NCBI GenBank assembly: GCA_963714835.1
Contig: CAVQPX010000026.1
Coordinates: 14,256-78,255, forward strand
From: an uncultured Chloroflexia bacterium
GTDB taxonomy: Bacteria > Chloroflexota > Limnocylindria > Limnocylindrales > CSP1-4
Direction of reading: 5' to 3'
Length of the DNA: 64,000 bases
Below, piece after piece: positions 56,751 to 64,000 of the stretch; positions within the stretch are counted from its first letter, which is position 1, and each line of letters begins with the position of its first letter. The notes under the pieces are model-generated. The model did no database searches, had not been told where the DNA came from, and worked only from the letters and a program-made list of their open reading frames with translations. The translations under genes were made by a program, and so were the position numbers.

Positions 56751-58847
56751 CTAGTAGCCGGTGACCGTGATCGAGCCGCCGGCGGTCACCGCGACCTCTG
56801 ATGCCACCGGCACGACCAGCGTGGATTCGCGTTCCTCGATGATGAGGGGACCGGGCGAGCGCCAGCCGTTGCCCAGGCGATACCGGTCGTAGACCGGGAC
56901 CATGGCCGACGACTCCAGGTCCTGGCGAAAGATGCGCCGCTCGCCCTTCAGCGGGCTGCCGGTCTGGCTCGGTTCCGCGTAGCGTTCCAGGGGGTGCGCG
57001 TCAGCGCTGGCGATCACCCGCCAGGTCGTGACCTCGACGGCGACGCCAAGGACGACGTTCCCGCGGATCGAAGCGTAGCGCTCCCGGAAGCGCTCCTCGA
57101 TCGTCGCCGATGTCCACGCCTCGGGCGCCGGGAGATCCACCTCGATCTCGAAGCCCTGCCCGACGTGGCGCGCCGCGACGCGATATTCGACGTGGACATC
57201 GTCGGAGCGCACGCCGGCCGCGCCGACCAGGTCGCGCACCTGTCGCTCCATGTTCGCAACGTCCCGGCGGATCTCGTCCAGGTTCAGCGAGTCCAGCGCG
57301 GCGGGCCGCGACTGCGAGAGCTCGAAGCCGACCGGAGCGACCAGGAAGCCGACCGCCGAGCCAACGCCAGCCGAGTTGGGCACGATGACCGTCGGGCTCT
57401 CCAGGAGCCGGGCGACGCTCAACGCATGCACCGGACCCGCCCCGCCGAACGCGAAGAGCGGGAGGGCACGCAGGTCGACGGCACGTTCGGCCGCGTGGAC
57501 CCGAGCGGCGCTGGCCATGTTCTCCGCAACCACACGGTGGATCCACCACGCAGCCGCCTCGAGGTCCAGCCCGAGCGGATCGGCCACCTTGCGGATCGCC
57601 GCTTTGGCGAGATCAAGGTCGAGGGCCATCGCGCCGCCGAGGAAATAGTGTGGGTCCAGGTATCCCAGGACGAGGTCGGCGTCGGTGACGGTCGGCTCGG
57701 ACCCGCCGCGACCGTAGCAGGCCGGTCCGGGATCGGCGCCCGCACTGTCCGGACCAACCTCGATCCCGCCCAGATGACCGATCCGCGCGATGCTCCCGCC
57801 GCCTGCCCCGATCTCGATCATGTCGACCACCGGCACGTTGATCGGCAGGCCGCTGCCCTTGTGGAAGCGTCGCACCCGGGCGACTTCCATCTGCGACGTG
57901 GTTCGCGGACGGCCATGCTCGATGACACACGACTTCGCCGTGGTCCCTCCCATGTCGAACGAGAGCATGTCCTCGATCCCTTCGAGCCCACCGAGATACG
58001 TGGCGAGGATCGCCCCCGCCGCCGGCCCGGACTCCAGCAGGCGGATCGGGAACCGGGTGGCGGTTTCGGTGGTCGCGAGACCGCCGGAGGAGAGCATGAC
58101 GAAGAGGGGAGCGGCCATTCCGCGCGTCCGCAGACCCTCGAGGATGCGGTCGATGTAGCGGGCGACCACGGGACCGACGTACGCATTCGCGGCCGTCGTC
58201 GACGTACGCTCGAACTCGCGGATCTCTGGAGAGACCTCTGCGGAGGTGGAAACGAAGACGCCGGGAAGCGCGGACGAGACGGCCAGCGCGGCCGCGATCT
58301 CGTGGGCGTCGTTGGCGTAGCTGTTCAGAAAGCAGATCGCCACCGACTCGACCGCCTCGCGTTCCAGAAGGGCGATCGCCTCGTCGAGTGACCGGGCGTC
58401 GAGCGGGCGATGCACGCTGCCATCGGCCAGCATGCGCTCATCGACATCCACCCGGAGGCGGCGCGGGATCAGCGGTGGAGGCAACTCGAGGCCGAGGTCG
58501 CCCAGGTCGTAGCGACCCTCTCGGCCGATCTCGAGCGCGTCGCGGAACCCCGCGGTCGTCAGGAGCGCGGTCGTGGCGCCCTTGCGTTCGATCAGCGAGT
58601 TCGTGACGAGCGTCGTTCCGTGGGTGAGGTTGTCGATCTCCTCGATGCCCATGCCGGCGCCGGCGATCAATCGCTCGATCCCGTCCAGCACGGCGACTTC
58701 TGGTGCTCCGGGCGTCGTCGAGAGCTTCTCGACGGCCACCGAGCCGGTCTCCGTGTCGACGAGCACGAGGTCCGTGAAGGTTCCGCCGATGTCGACACCG
58801 ATTCGGATCGCCACGTCAGCGCCGGCGCATCGAGGCGATGACTCCAC
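56751..58847 (-). CDS. hyuA: Hydantoinase A / oxoprolinase family protein
   Basis: IRIGVDIGGTFTDLVL...LSFDMGGTTAK...LFAFGGAGPVHA (ASKHA-fold phosphate motifs). The stop is 1 nt before the hyuB start. The real start may be GTG at 58814. Confidence 0.85.
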   Translation of the reverse strand: MESSPRCAGADVAIRIGVDIGGTFTDLVLVDTETGSVAVEKLSTTPGAPEVAVLDGIERLIAGAGMGIEEIDNLTHGTTLVTNSLIERKGATTALLTTAGFRDALEIGREGRYDLGDLGLELPPPLIPRRLRVDVDERMLADGSVHRPLDARSLDEAIALLEREAVESVAICFLNSYANDAHEIAAALAVSSALPGVFVSTSAEVSPEIREFERTSTTAANAYVGPVVARYIDRILEGLRTRGMAAPLFVMLSSGGLATTETATRFPIRLLESGPAAGAILATYLGGLEGIEDMLSFDMGGTTAKSCVIEHGRPRTTSQMEVARVRRFHKGSGLPINVPVVDMIEIGAGGGSIARIGHLGGIEVGPDSAGADPGPACYGRGGSEPTVTDADLVLGYLDPHYFLGGAMALDLDLAKAAIRKVADPLGLDLEAAAWWIHRVVAENMASAARVHAAERAVDLRALPLFAFGGAGPVHALSVARLLESPTVIVPNSAGVGSAVGFLVAPVGFELSQSRPAALDSLNLDEIRRDVANMERQVRDLVGAAGVRSDDVHVEYRVAARHVGQGFEIEVDLPAPEAWTSATIEERFRERYASIRGNVVLGVAVEVTTWRVIASADAHPLERYAEPSQTGSPLKGERRIFRQDLESSAMVPVYDRYRLGNGWRSPGPLIIEERESTLVVPVASEVAVTAGGSITVTGY

Positions 58848-58993
58848 TGGACATGTCGCGCCCCACTCCCGTGCTCCCGCCGTCGGCCCGGCGGTGTACC
58901 GAGTCGCAATGTATCTCGACGTTCAGATAGTAGGCTCCCCCAGGATCCTGGTCAACTTCACAAAGCGGGCGGATCGCCCTCCGCGGGGATCGC

Positions 58994-59725
58994 TCAGCGG
59001 CTCGCGGGGCGCCGCGCCATGAGGTTGAGGTTGACCTGTCCCGAACCGGTCGACGACATCGCGGCGAGGAGCGACTCCATCACGCTCTCACGGCTCGCCT
59101 CGATCTGGCGTACCGCGATGTCGTGGGCAAGGTGATGGTTGCCCTTGAGCAGCGCAGCCATCAGGTCACGCCGTGCGCCGTGCTGCTGATCGATGCTGCT
59201 GCGCAGGTTCAGGCCGGATAGATAGAGGCGTTGCATCTCCTCCATCAGGTGGATGAGCGTCGTCGCCAACCGTGCGTTGCCCGAGGCCTCGGCCAGCTTG
59301 GCGTAGAAGGCCCGGTTGGCGGCGATGACGGACCGGTCGTCCTGGGCGTCGAGGTCACTCTCGACCAGCGCGCGGAGGGCCTGCAGCTGCTCCGCCGAGG
59401 CGTGCTCCGCTGCCATCGCCGCCGCGGCCGGCTCAAGGAGCAGGCGCAGGTTGAAGATCTCCTGCACATCGCTCAGCGTCAGGTCGGTCACGCGGTAGCC
59501 CTGTCGCGGCAGGACCTCGACGAGGCCCTCGTGAGCGAGCGCCGCGAGTGCCTCCCGGATGGGTGTCTTGCTGACGTTCAGCGACTCCGCGAGGCGACCC
59601 TCGTTCAGCGTCGACCCGGGTGGGAACTCGCACATCAGGATCCCGTCCTTGAGGACGCGATAGACGCGGCCGGCGGCGGAGAGCCCTCCGTCCTCGCCCG
59701 TGGCCTGGGTACGTTCAACGGCCAT
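58994..59725 (-). CDS. GntR-family transcriptional regulator (FadR/FCD subfamily)
   Basis: RLAESLNVSKTPIREALAALAHEGLVEVLPRQGYRV is the winged HTH, followed by an all-helical FCD-like C-terminal domain. Start at MAVERTQ (59725). Confidence 0.85.
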   Translation of the reverse strand: MAVERTQATGEDGGLSAAGRVYRVLKDGILMCEFPPGSTLNEGRLAESLNVSKTPIREALAALAHEGLVEVLPRQGYRVTDLTLSDVQEIFNLRLLLEPAAAAMAAEHASAEQLQALRALVESDLDAQDDRSVIAANRAFYAKLAEASGNARLATTLIHLMEEMQRLYLSGLNLRSSIDQQHGARRDLMAALLKGNHHLAHDIAVRQIEASRESVMESLLAAMSSTGSGQVNLNLMARRPASR

Positions 59726-59867
59726 CTTGGTTCGCCTCTCTGAAATATCTAGTGTATAGTGCCCTAACATCTGATGGCGGCCCAGCATCGACTTGCTCGC
59801 GGGCATTCGGCCCGCGCGTGGACCTCGTGGTCGATCGCCATCGCCACCCGCACGGAGGCGTCTCCCG

Positions 59868-61178
59868 ATGGCAGGCAGCGAGCATCGTCACGGCGACGAG
59901 AACGGCCACGCGCATCCGCATGAGGGCCACAGCGAACCCCAGCATAGCCATGGCGACCACGCGCATCCGCACGATGGTCACGCCGACACCGCGAGCGACC
60001 ACGGCGACCACGGCGACCACGCGCATCCGCACGAGGGCCACGCCGACGCCGCGAGCGACCACGGCGACCACGGCGACCACGGCGAGCACGCGCATCCGCA
60101 CGAGGGTCACGCCGGCGACCACGGCGACCACGGCGACCACGGCCATTCGCACGACGACGGGGATCACGGCGATCATGCGCACCACACCGGCATCCGCGGG
60201 TTTGTGATCGGGCTCTTCGCCCCGCACAGCCACGATAGCGCGGACTCCGTCGACTCGGCGCTCGAATCGAGCGACAAGGGGATCCGGGCGGTCAAGATCT
60301 CGCTCGTCGCCCTGATGGCGACCGCCATCTTCCAGGTCGTCCTGGTCATTGCGACCGGTTCGGTCGCGCTCCTCGCGGACACGATCCACAACTTCAGCGA
60401 CGCGCTGACCTCGGTCCCGTTGTGGATCGCATTCGTGCTCGGCCGCCGCGTGGCCAATCGGCGCTACACCTATGGCTATCGCCGGGCGGAGGACCTTGCC
60501 GGGCTGTTCATCGTCGGCATGATCGCGTTCAGCGCCATCCTCGCCGCGTATGAGTCGATCCACCGGCTCATCGAGCCACAAGAGGTCACGAACCTGTGGC
60601 TGGTCGTGGCCGCGGGGATCATCGGCTTCATCGGCAACGAGCTCGTGGCGAGCTATCGGATCCGGGTCGGCCGCGAGATCGGCTCGGCGGCGCTCATCGC
60701 CGACGGCCTCCACGCTCGAACCGACGGGTTCACGTCGTTGGCCGTCGTCATCGGTGCCTTCGGCGTCTGGCTCGGCTTCCCCGCAGCCGACCCGATCGTC
60801 GGCCTGCTCATCACCATCGCGATCCTGTGGATCCTCAAGGACGCGGCCCGATCGGTGTTCGGCCGGCTGATGGACGCCGTCGATCCGGCCCTCGTCGACC
60901 AGATCGAGCGCCGCGCGATGGAGATCGAAGGGGTGCAGACCGTGGAGGGTGTGCGCGCTCGCTGGAGCGGCCATCGACTCGAGGTGAGCCTGCACGCGAC
61001 CGTCGACTGCGACCTGTCGGTGGCTGACGGCCACCAGATCGCGGAACGGGTCCGCCATGACCTCCTGCATGGGGTGAAAGGGCTCGAAAACGTCCTCGTC
61101 CACATCGATCCGTGCGATCACAACGGGCTGGACGCGCATGCCGGCGCGTCCCACCATGATCACGTGACCGCGTCGTAG
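59868..61178 (+). CDS. Cation diffusion facilitator (CDF) transporter with a roughly 110-aa His/Asp-rich N-terminal extension
   Basis: CDF core: LLADTIHNFSDAL...ALIADGLHARTDGFTSLAVV...GVRARWSGHRLEVSLHATV. The N-terminus is repeats of HGDHGDHAHPHEGHAD. Confidence 0.85.
   Translation: MAGSEHRHGDENGHAHPHEGHSEPQHSHGDHAHPHDGHADTASDHGDHGDHAHPHEGHADAASDHGDHGDHGEHAHPHEGHAGDHGDHGDHGHSHDDGDHGDHAHHTGIRGFVIGLFAPHSHDSADSVDSALESSDKGIRAVKISLVALMATAIFQVVLVIATGSVALLADTIHNFSDALTSVPLWIAFVLGRRVANRRYTYGYRRAEDLAGLFIVGMIAFSAILAAYESIHRLIEPQEVTNLWLVVAAGIIGFIGNELVASYRIRVGREIGSAALIADGLHARTDGFTSLAVVIGAFGVWLGFPAADPIVGLLITIAILWILKDAARSVFGRLMDAVDPALVDQIERRAMEIEGVQTVEGVRARWSGHRLEVSLHATVDCDLSVADGHQIAERVRHDLLHGVKGLENVLVHIDPCDHNGLDAHAGASHHDHVTAS
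59951..60150 (+). repeat. About 60-nt tandem repeats (3 and a bit units) encoding the His-rich N-terminus of the CDF transporter
   Basis: ggcgaccacgcgcatccgcacga.gg.cacgccgac.ccgcgagcgaccacggcgaccac recurs with a 60-nt period when read directly. Confidence 0.8.
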
Positions 61179-61253
61179 GAGGCTGCCGTAGCGCTCGCGG
61201 ATCGAGCCCTGATGGTCGGACAGGTCGTCGCCGCGCAGGGGCTCCGGCGGCGA

Positions 61254-62669
61254 TCAGGACGCCGGGTCGAGGCGGCTCATCGGGAACCCGGCGAGATTGA
61301 GGCCCGCGATCCGTCCGGTCTCGCCGCGCAGGAAGACGAGGTGCTCGCCGGCTGGGCGCCCCTTGGTCAGTGCGAATCGGAGCGGATCGGAGGTCGGGGT
61401 CAGCATGTGCGGGATCCCCTCATCCTGCACGATGAACACCAGGCGGTCATCGCGGACCTCGATCGTGGCGACGCCCCGGAACTCCTCGTCGAGGTAGCGG
61501 CCCATGAGTTCGATCCAGGAGTCAGGCGCCGGGCGCGGCGCCTCGAGCCGGCGGGTCGCGCGGCGTCGCGCGGCCATCGCGCTGATCGCCTCGCGCAGCA
61601 GCAAGCGTCCCAACTCGGTCGAGGTCTTCGGCGCAGCGACTCCGTTCATCAGGACGACGACACCGACACCGTCGGCATGGCTCATCTGGATGCTCGAACT
61701 GAAGCCGTTGAGCAGCCCACCGTGTTCGACGATCGTGGCATCGCCAAGGCGGGTGATCCGCCACGCGAGGCCATGGCCCGCCGACAGGTCCTGCTCCGCC
61801 ACGATCGCCGGTCGGTGCATCTCGACCAGGGAGCTGCCGGCGAGCACCTGTCCGGCTCCACGCGGCAACCGGGCGTCGCGCCGGAGTTGCTGGCCGATCC
61901 ACAGGGCCAGGTCGTGGACGTTGGACCAGAGGCCACCGTTGCCCTCGCTCTCGCCCACGCCGAGCCGGCGGGCGGGTGTCAGGCGGTCCTCGAGGCCACG
62001 TCGATCGTATCCAACGGCCACGTGGTCGACGAGCGGACCGATCGGGTCGAACGTCGTCGCCTCCATCGAGAGCTCGTCGGTGACCTCGGCCTTGATGTAC
62101 TCCCCGAGCGATCGTCCGCTGACCTGCGCGACGACCTCCCCGAGCAGGTGGTATCCCAGGTTGGAGTACTTGAACGCCGTGTCAGGCGGGATCGCGACCG
62201 TGACTGAGGCGAGACGCTTCACGACGTCGCGACCTCCCGTCGGCCGCCAGGTTCGAAGGTCCGAGCTGGGCAGCTCGCCCGGGAGCCCCGACATGTGCCG
62301 CAGGACGCGCAGCAACGTGATCTGGTCGATCGGACCGAACGGGTTGCGGACCGCCGCGAACTCTGGCACATGGCGCACCAGGGGATCATCGAGCTCCAGC
62401 AGGCCGGCATCGCGCAGCTGCACGATCGCGGTCGCTGTGAAGGTCTTGGTGATCGAGGCGATCCGGTACAGGGTCCGATCGTCGGGACGCAGATCGCGTG
62501 CCAGGTCGGCCGTACCGACGTGGCTGGACCAGGCAAGCTCACCATCGACGACGAGCCCGACCGAGACGCCCGGGACGCCATTCTCGAGCGCGAACGATGT
62601 GAGTTCCGTCTCGATCTCCAGCGCCCGATCGGGCGACAGGGGTCCCAGGAACGACGACCCGGTGCTCAT
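61254..62669 (-). CDS. Beta-lactamase-fold serine hydrolase (class C / D-aminopeptidase / esterase-like) with C-terminal extra domain
   Basis: SxxK motif ASITKTF and YxN motif FKYSNLGYHLLG. Start at MSTGSSF (62669). Confidence 0.8.
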   Translation of the reverse strand: MSTGSSFLGPLSPDRALEIETELTSFALENGVPGVSVGLVVDGELAWSSHVGTADLARDLRPDDRTLYRIASITKTFTATAIVQLRDAGLLELDDPLVRHVPEFAAVRNPFGPIDQITLLRVLRHMSGLPGELPSSDLRTWRPTGGRDVVKRLASVTVAIPPDTAFKYSNLGYHLLGEVVAQVSGRSLGEYIKAEVTDELSMEATTFDPIGPLVDHVAVGYDRRGLEDRLTPARRLGVGESEGNGGLWSNVHDLALWIGQQLRRDARLPRGAGQVLAGSSLVEMHRPAIVAEQDLSAGHGLAWRITRLGDATIVEHGGLLNGFSSSIQMSHADGVGVVVLMNGVAAPKTSTELGRLLLREAISAMAARRRATRRLEAPRPAPDSWIELMGRYLDEEFRGVATIEVRDDRLVFIVQDEGIPHMLTPTSDPLRFALTKGRPAGEHLVFLRGETGRIAGLNLAGFPMSRLDPAS

Positions 62670-62684
62670 GTCGAGTACGGCGCC

Positions 62685-63449
62685 GTGACGCCAGTGACTC
62701 CGCGCGCCACTCCGCAGCGCGAGCCGGCCCCCGACGCTCGAAAGACCGTCGGGATCATCGGCGGCATGGGCCCGGCCGCGACCCACGCGTTCTTCGGCCA
62801 GATCCTCGCGCTCACCCACGCAAGGACGGACCAGGAGCACCTCCACCTCATCATCGACAACGATCCGTCCATCCCGGATCGCACCGCGTTCCTGCTCGGT
62901 CGCGGCGAGGACCCGGTGCCGGCGCTCGTGGCGGCCGCCCGCCGCCTGGAGGCGGCCGGATGCGACCTCCTGGTCATGCCGTGCAACACGGCGGCTGCGT
63001 TCGTGGACCAGATCGGACCAACGGTCTCGATCCCGATCCTCGACTGGACCGGCGAGGCTGCCGATGCCGCCGCCCGCGCATCGCGCGACACCGTGGGCAT
63101 CCTGGCCACCACCGGGACGATCCAGGCCGGGCTGTACCAGCGCGCGCTCGCGGATCGTGGGCACAAGGCGATCGTTCCGGATCGTGCCGACCAGGAGACG
63201 GTGATGGACGTCATCTACGGCCCGACCGGGGTGAAGGCGGGGAATGCTGCCGCGGGCCGCGATCGCGATCTGCTCGCCGTCGCGGATCGACTGGTCGAGC
63301 GCGGCGCCCAGTCCATCCTGCTGGCCTGCACGGAGCTCCCCCTCGCGCTCCCGGCAACGGACCGACGATGGTCCGCCCCGGCGATCGACCCGTCGCTCGT
63401 CGTCGCCGAGCGAGTCGTCGTCGCGGCGGGCGGCCTCGTCCGCACGTAG
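62685..63449 (+). CDS. Asp/Glu/hydantoin racemase family protein (aspartate racemase-like)
   Basis: VGIIGGMGPAATHAFF...LVMPCNTAAAF...ILLACTELPL, with the two catalytic Cys contexts. GTG start at 62685 is assumed. Confidence 0.75.
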   Translation: MTPVTPRATPQREPAPDARKTVGIIGGMGPAATHAFFGQILALTHARTDQEHLHLIIDNDPSIPDRTAFLLGRGEDPVPALVAAARRLEAAGCDLLVMPCNTAAAFVDQIGPTVSIPILDWTGEAADAAARASRDTVGILATTGTIQAGLYQRALADRGHKAIVPDRADQETVMDVIYGPTGVKAGNAAAGRDRDLLAVADRLVERGAQSILLACTELPLALPATDRRWSAPAIDPSLVVAERVVVAAGGLVRT

Positions 63450-63479
63450 GCCGTCCCTCGGTCAACGCCACCCGCGGGA

Positions 63480-64000
63480 TCACGAGCCGCGGAGACCCAG
63501 GCCGGCCAGCACGGCGATCCCCGCCACCATCGCGCTCTCCTCGAAGATCACGCGGTCCGAGTGCGTGTCCGCGGCCTCGCCGGGTGTGGTTCCGCTCGGG
63601 CAGGCTCCCACGAGGAAGAAGGCGCCCGGGATCCGCTGAAGGACGTACGAGAAGTCCTCCGCGGCCATCATCGGGTCCGCCATGTCGTGCAGGTCGTCGG
63701 GGCCGACGGTGGCACGTGCGATCGATCGCACGACCTCGGTCGCGTGCGCTTCGTTGATCGTCGCCGGATACCCCGCCTCGACGTCGACGTCCACGGTCAG
63801 GCCGTGAGCCTTTGCGATCGCACCGGCAACGAGATCGATCTGCTGTCGGATCGTGGCCCGCGTCTCCTCCGAGAAGGTCCGGATCGTCCCTTGCAGGAGC
63901 GCTCGCTCCGGGATGATGTTGTGCGTCGTCCCTGCGGCCAACCGACCGACGGTGATCACCGCCGGATCGAACGGGCGGATCCGGCGCGTGATCATCGCTC
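63480..64000 (-). CDS. M20D-family amidohydrolase (aminoacylase/hippurate hydrolase-like), C-terminal part; the gene continues beyond the window
   Basis: PAVITVGRLAAGTTHNIIPERALLQGTIRTFSEETR...GYPATINEAHATEVV...MAAEDFSYVLQRIPGAFFLVGA are typical of M20D. Confidence 0.75.
   Translation of the reverse strand, partial: AMITRRIRPFDPAVITVGRLAAGTTHNIIPERALLQGTIRTFSEETRATIRQQIDLVAGAIAKAHGLTVDVDVEAGYPATINEAHATEVVRSIARATVGPDDLHDMADPMMAAEDFSYVLQRIPGAFFLVGACPSGTTPGEAADTHSDRVIFEESAMVAGIAVLAGLGLRGS

Noticed and set aside
49962-61163. Long antisense ORFs 49962..52403(+), 55367..56764(+), 56994..58391(+) and 59715..61163(-)
   Set aside because: The same reasoning applies. They mirror the CoxL-like, hyuB, hyuA and CDF genes respectively and show no family signatures.
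1-64000. Prophage, integrative element, transposon, rRNA or tRNA genes
   Set aside because: No integrase, transposase, recombinase, capsid or terminase-like ORF was recognised. No cloverleaf-like tRNA or rRNA-like segment was seen in the short intergenic gaps. The scan was by eye only, so a small tRNA or sRNA could have been missed.

Overview
Very GC-rich (about 70% by eye), gene-dense chromosomal segment. It looks actinobacterial: DinB/mycothiol-type protein, LLM/F420-type oxidoreductase, giant cyclase-ATPase-TPR proteins, and a LuxR-type two-component system with PspC/LiaF partners. I can support about 50 protein-coding genes. I recognise no rRNA, tRNA, integrase, transposase or cas gene. 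Most long ORFs lying antisense to these genes are GC-driven artefacts.

Gene content, in order:
- A small accessory patch: RelE/ParE toxin, NMN-adenylyltransferase-like protein, Excalibur secreted protein, and a 1046-aa PLD-SF2 helicase-DUF3427 protein.
- An S41 peptidase and a Tat-exported flavin amine oxidase.
- Two copies of the arrangement FAD/NAD oxidoreductase (+) converging on a class III cyclase-AAA-TPR giant (-).
- An 873-bp repeat-packed non-coding region upstream of a cold-shock gene.
- GT4 glycosyltransferase, alpha/alpha-toroid protein and YjbQ.
- A LiaF-like/PspC/histidine kinase operon converging on its LuxR response regulator.
- A dimethylglycine-dehydrogenase-like gene coupled to a C69-like Ntn hydrolase, divergent from a NuoF-like flavoprotein plus ferredoxin.
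- A peptide ABC transporter.
- A long catabolic stretch: carbamoylase, aminotransferase, M29 aminopeptidase, BtpA, FGGY kinase, TIM-barrel isomerase, orphan molybdenum-hydroxylase large subunit, LLM oxidoreductase, SDR, MarR, HyuA/HyuB and GntR.
- A His-rich CDF transporter, a beta-lactamase-fold hydrolase, an Asp/Glu racemase and an M20 amidohydrolase.

Most notable observations:
1. The stand-alone PLD-helicase-DUF3427 protein next to a toxin gene.
2. The repeat-dense intergenic region. It holds two perfect 32-bp hairpin repeats with CRISPR-like spacing and a six-unit 18/25-bp tandem array.
3. An amine dehydrogenase / Ntn-hydrolase / NuoF-like / ferredoxin cluster with no ETF partner.
4. At least five disrupted genes in 64 kb: both giant cyclases, a PIN toxin, a DUF2652-SRPBCC gene and an alpha/beta hydrolase. 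This points either to real gene decay or to indel errors in the assembly.

I cannot name one clearly novel system with confidence. The candidates are ranked by interest score in the findings.
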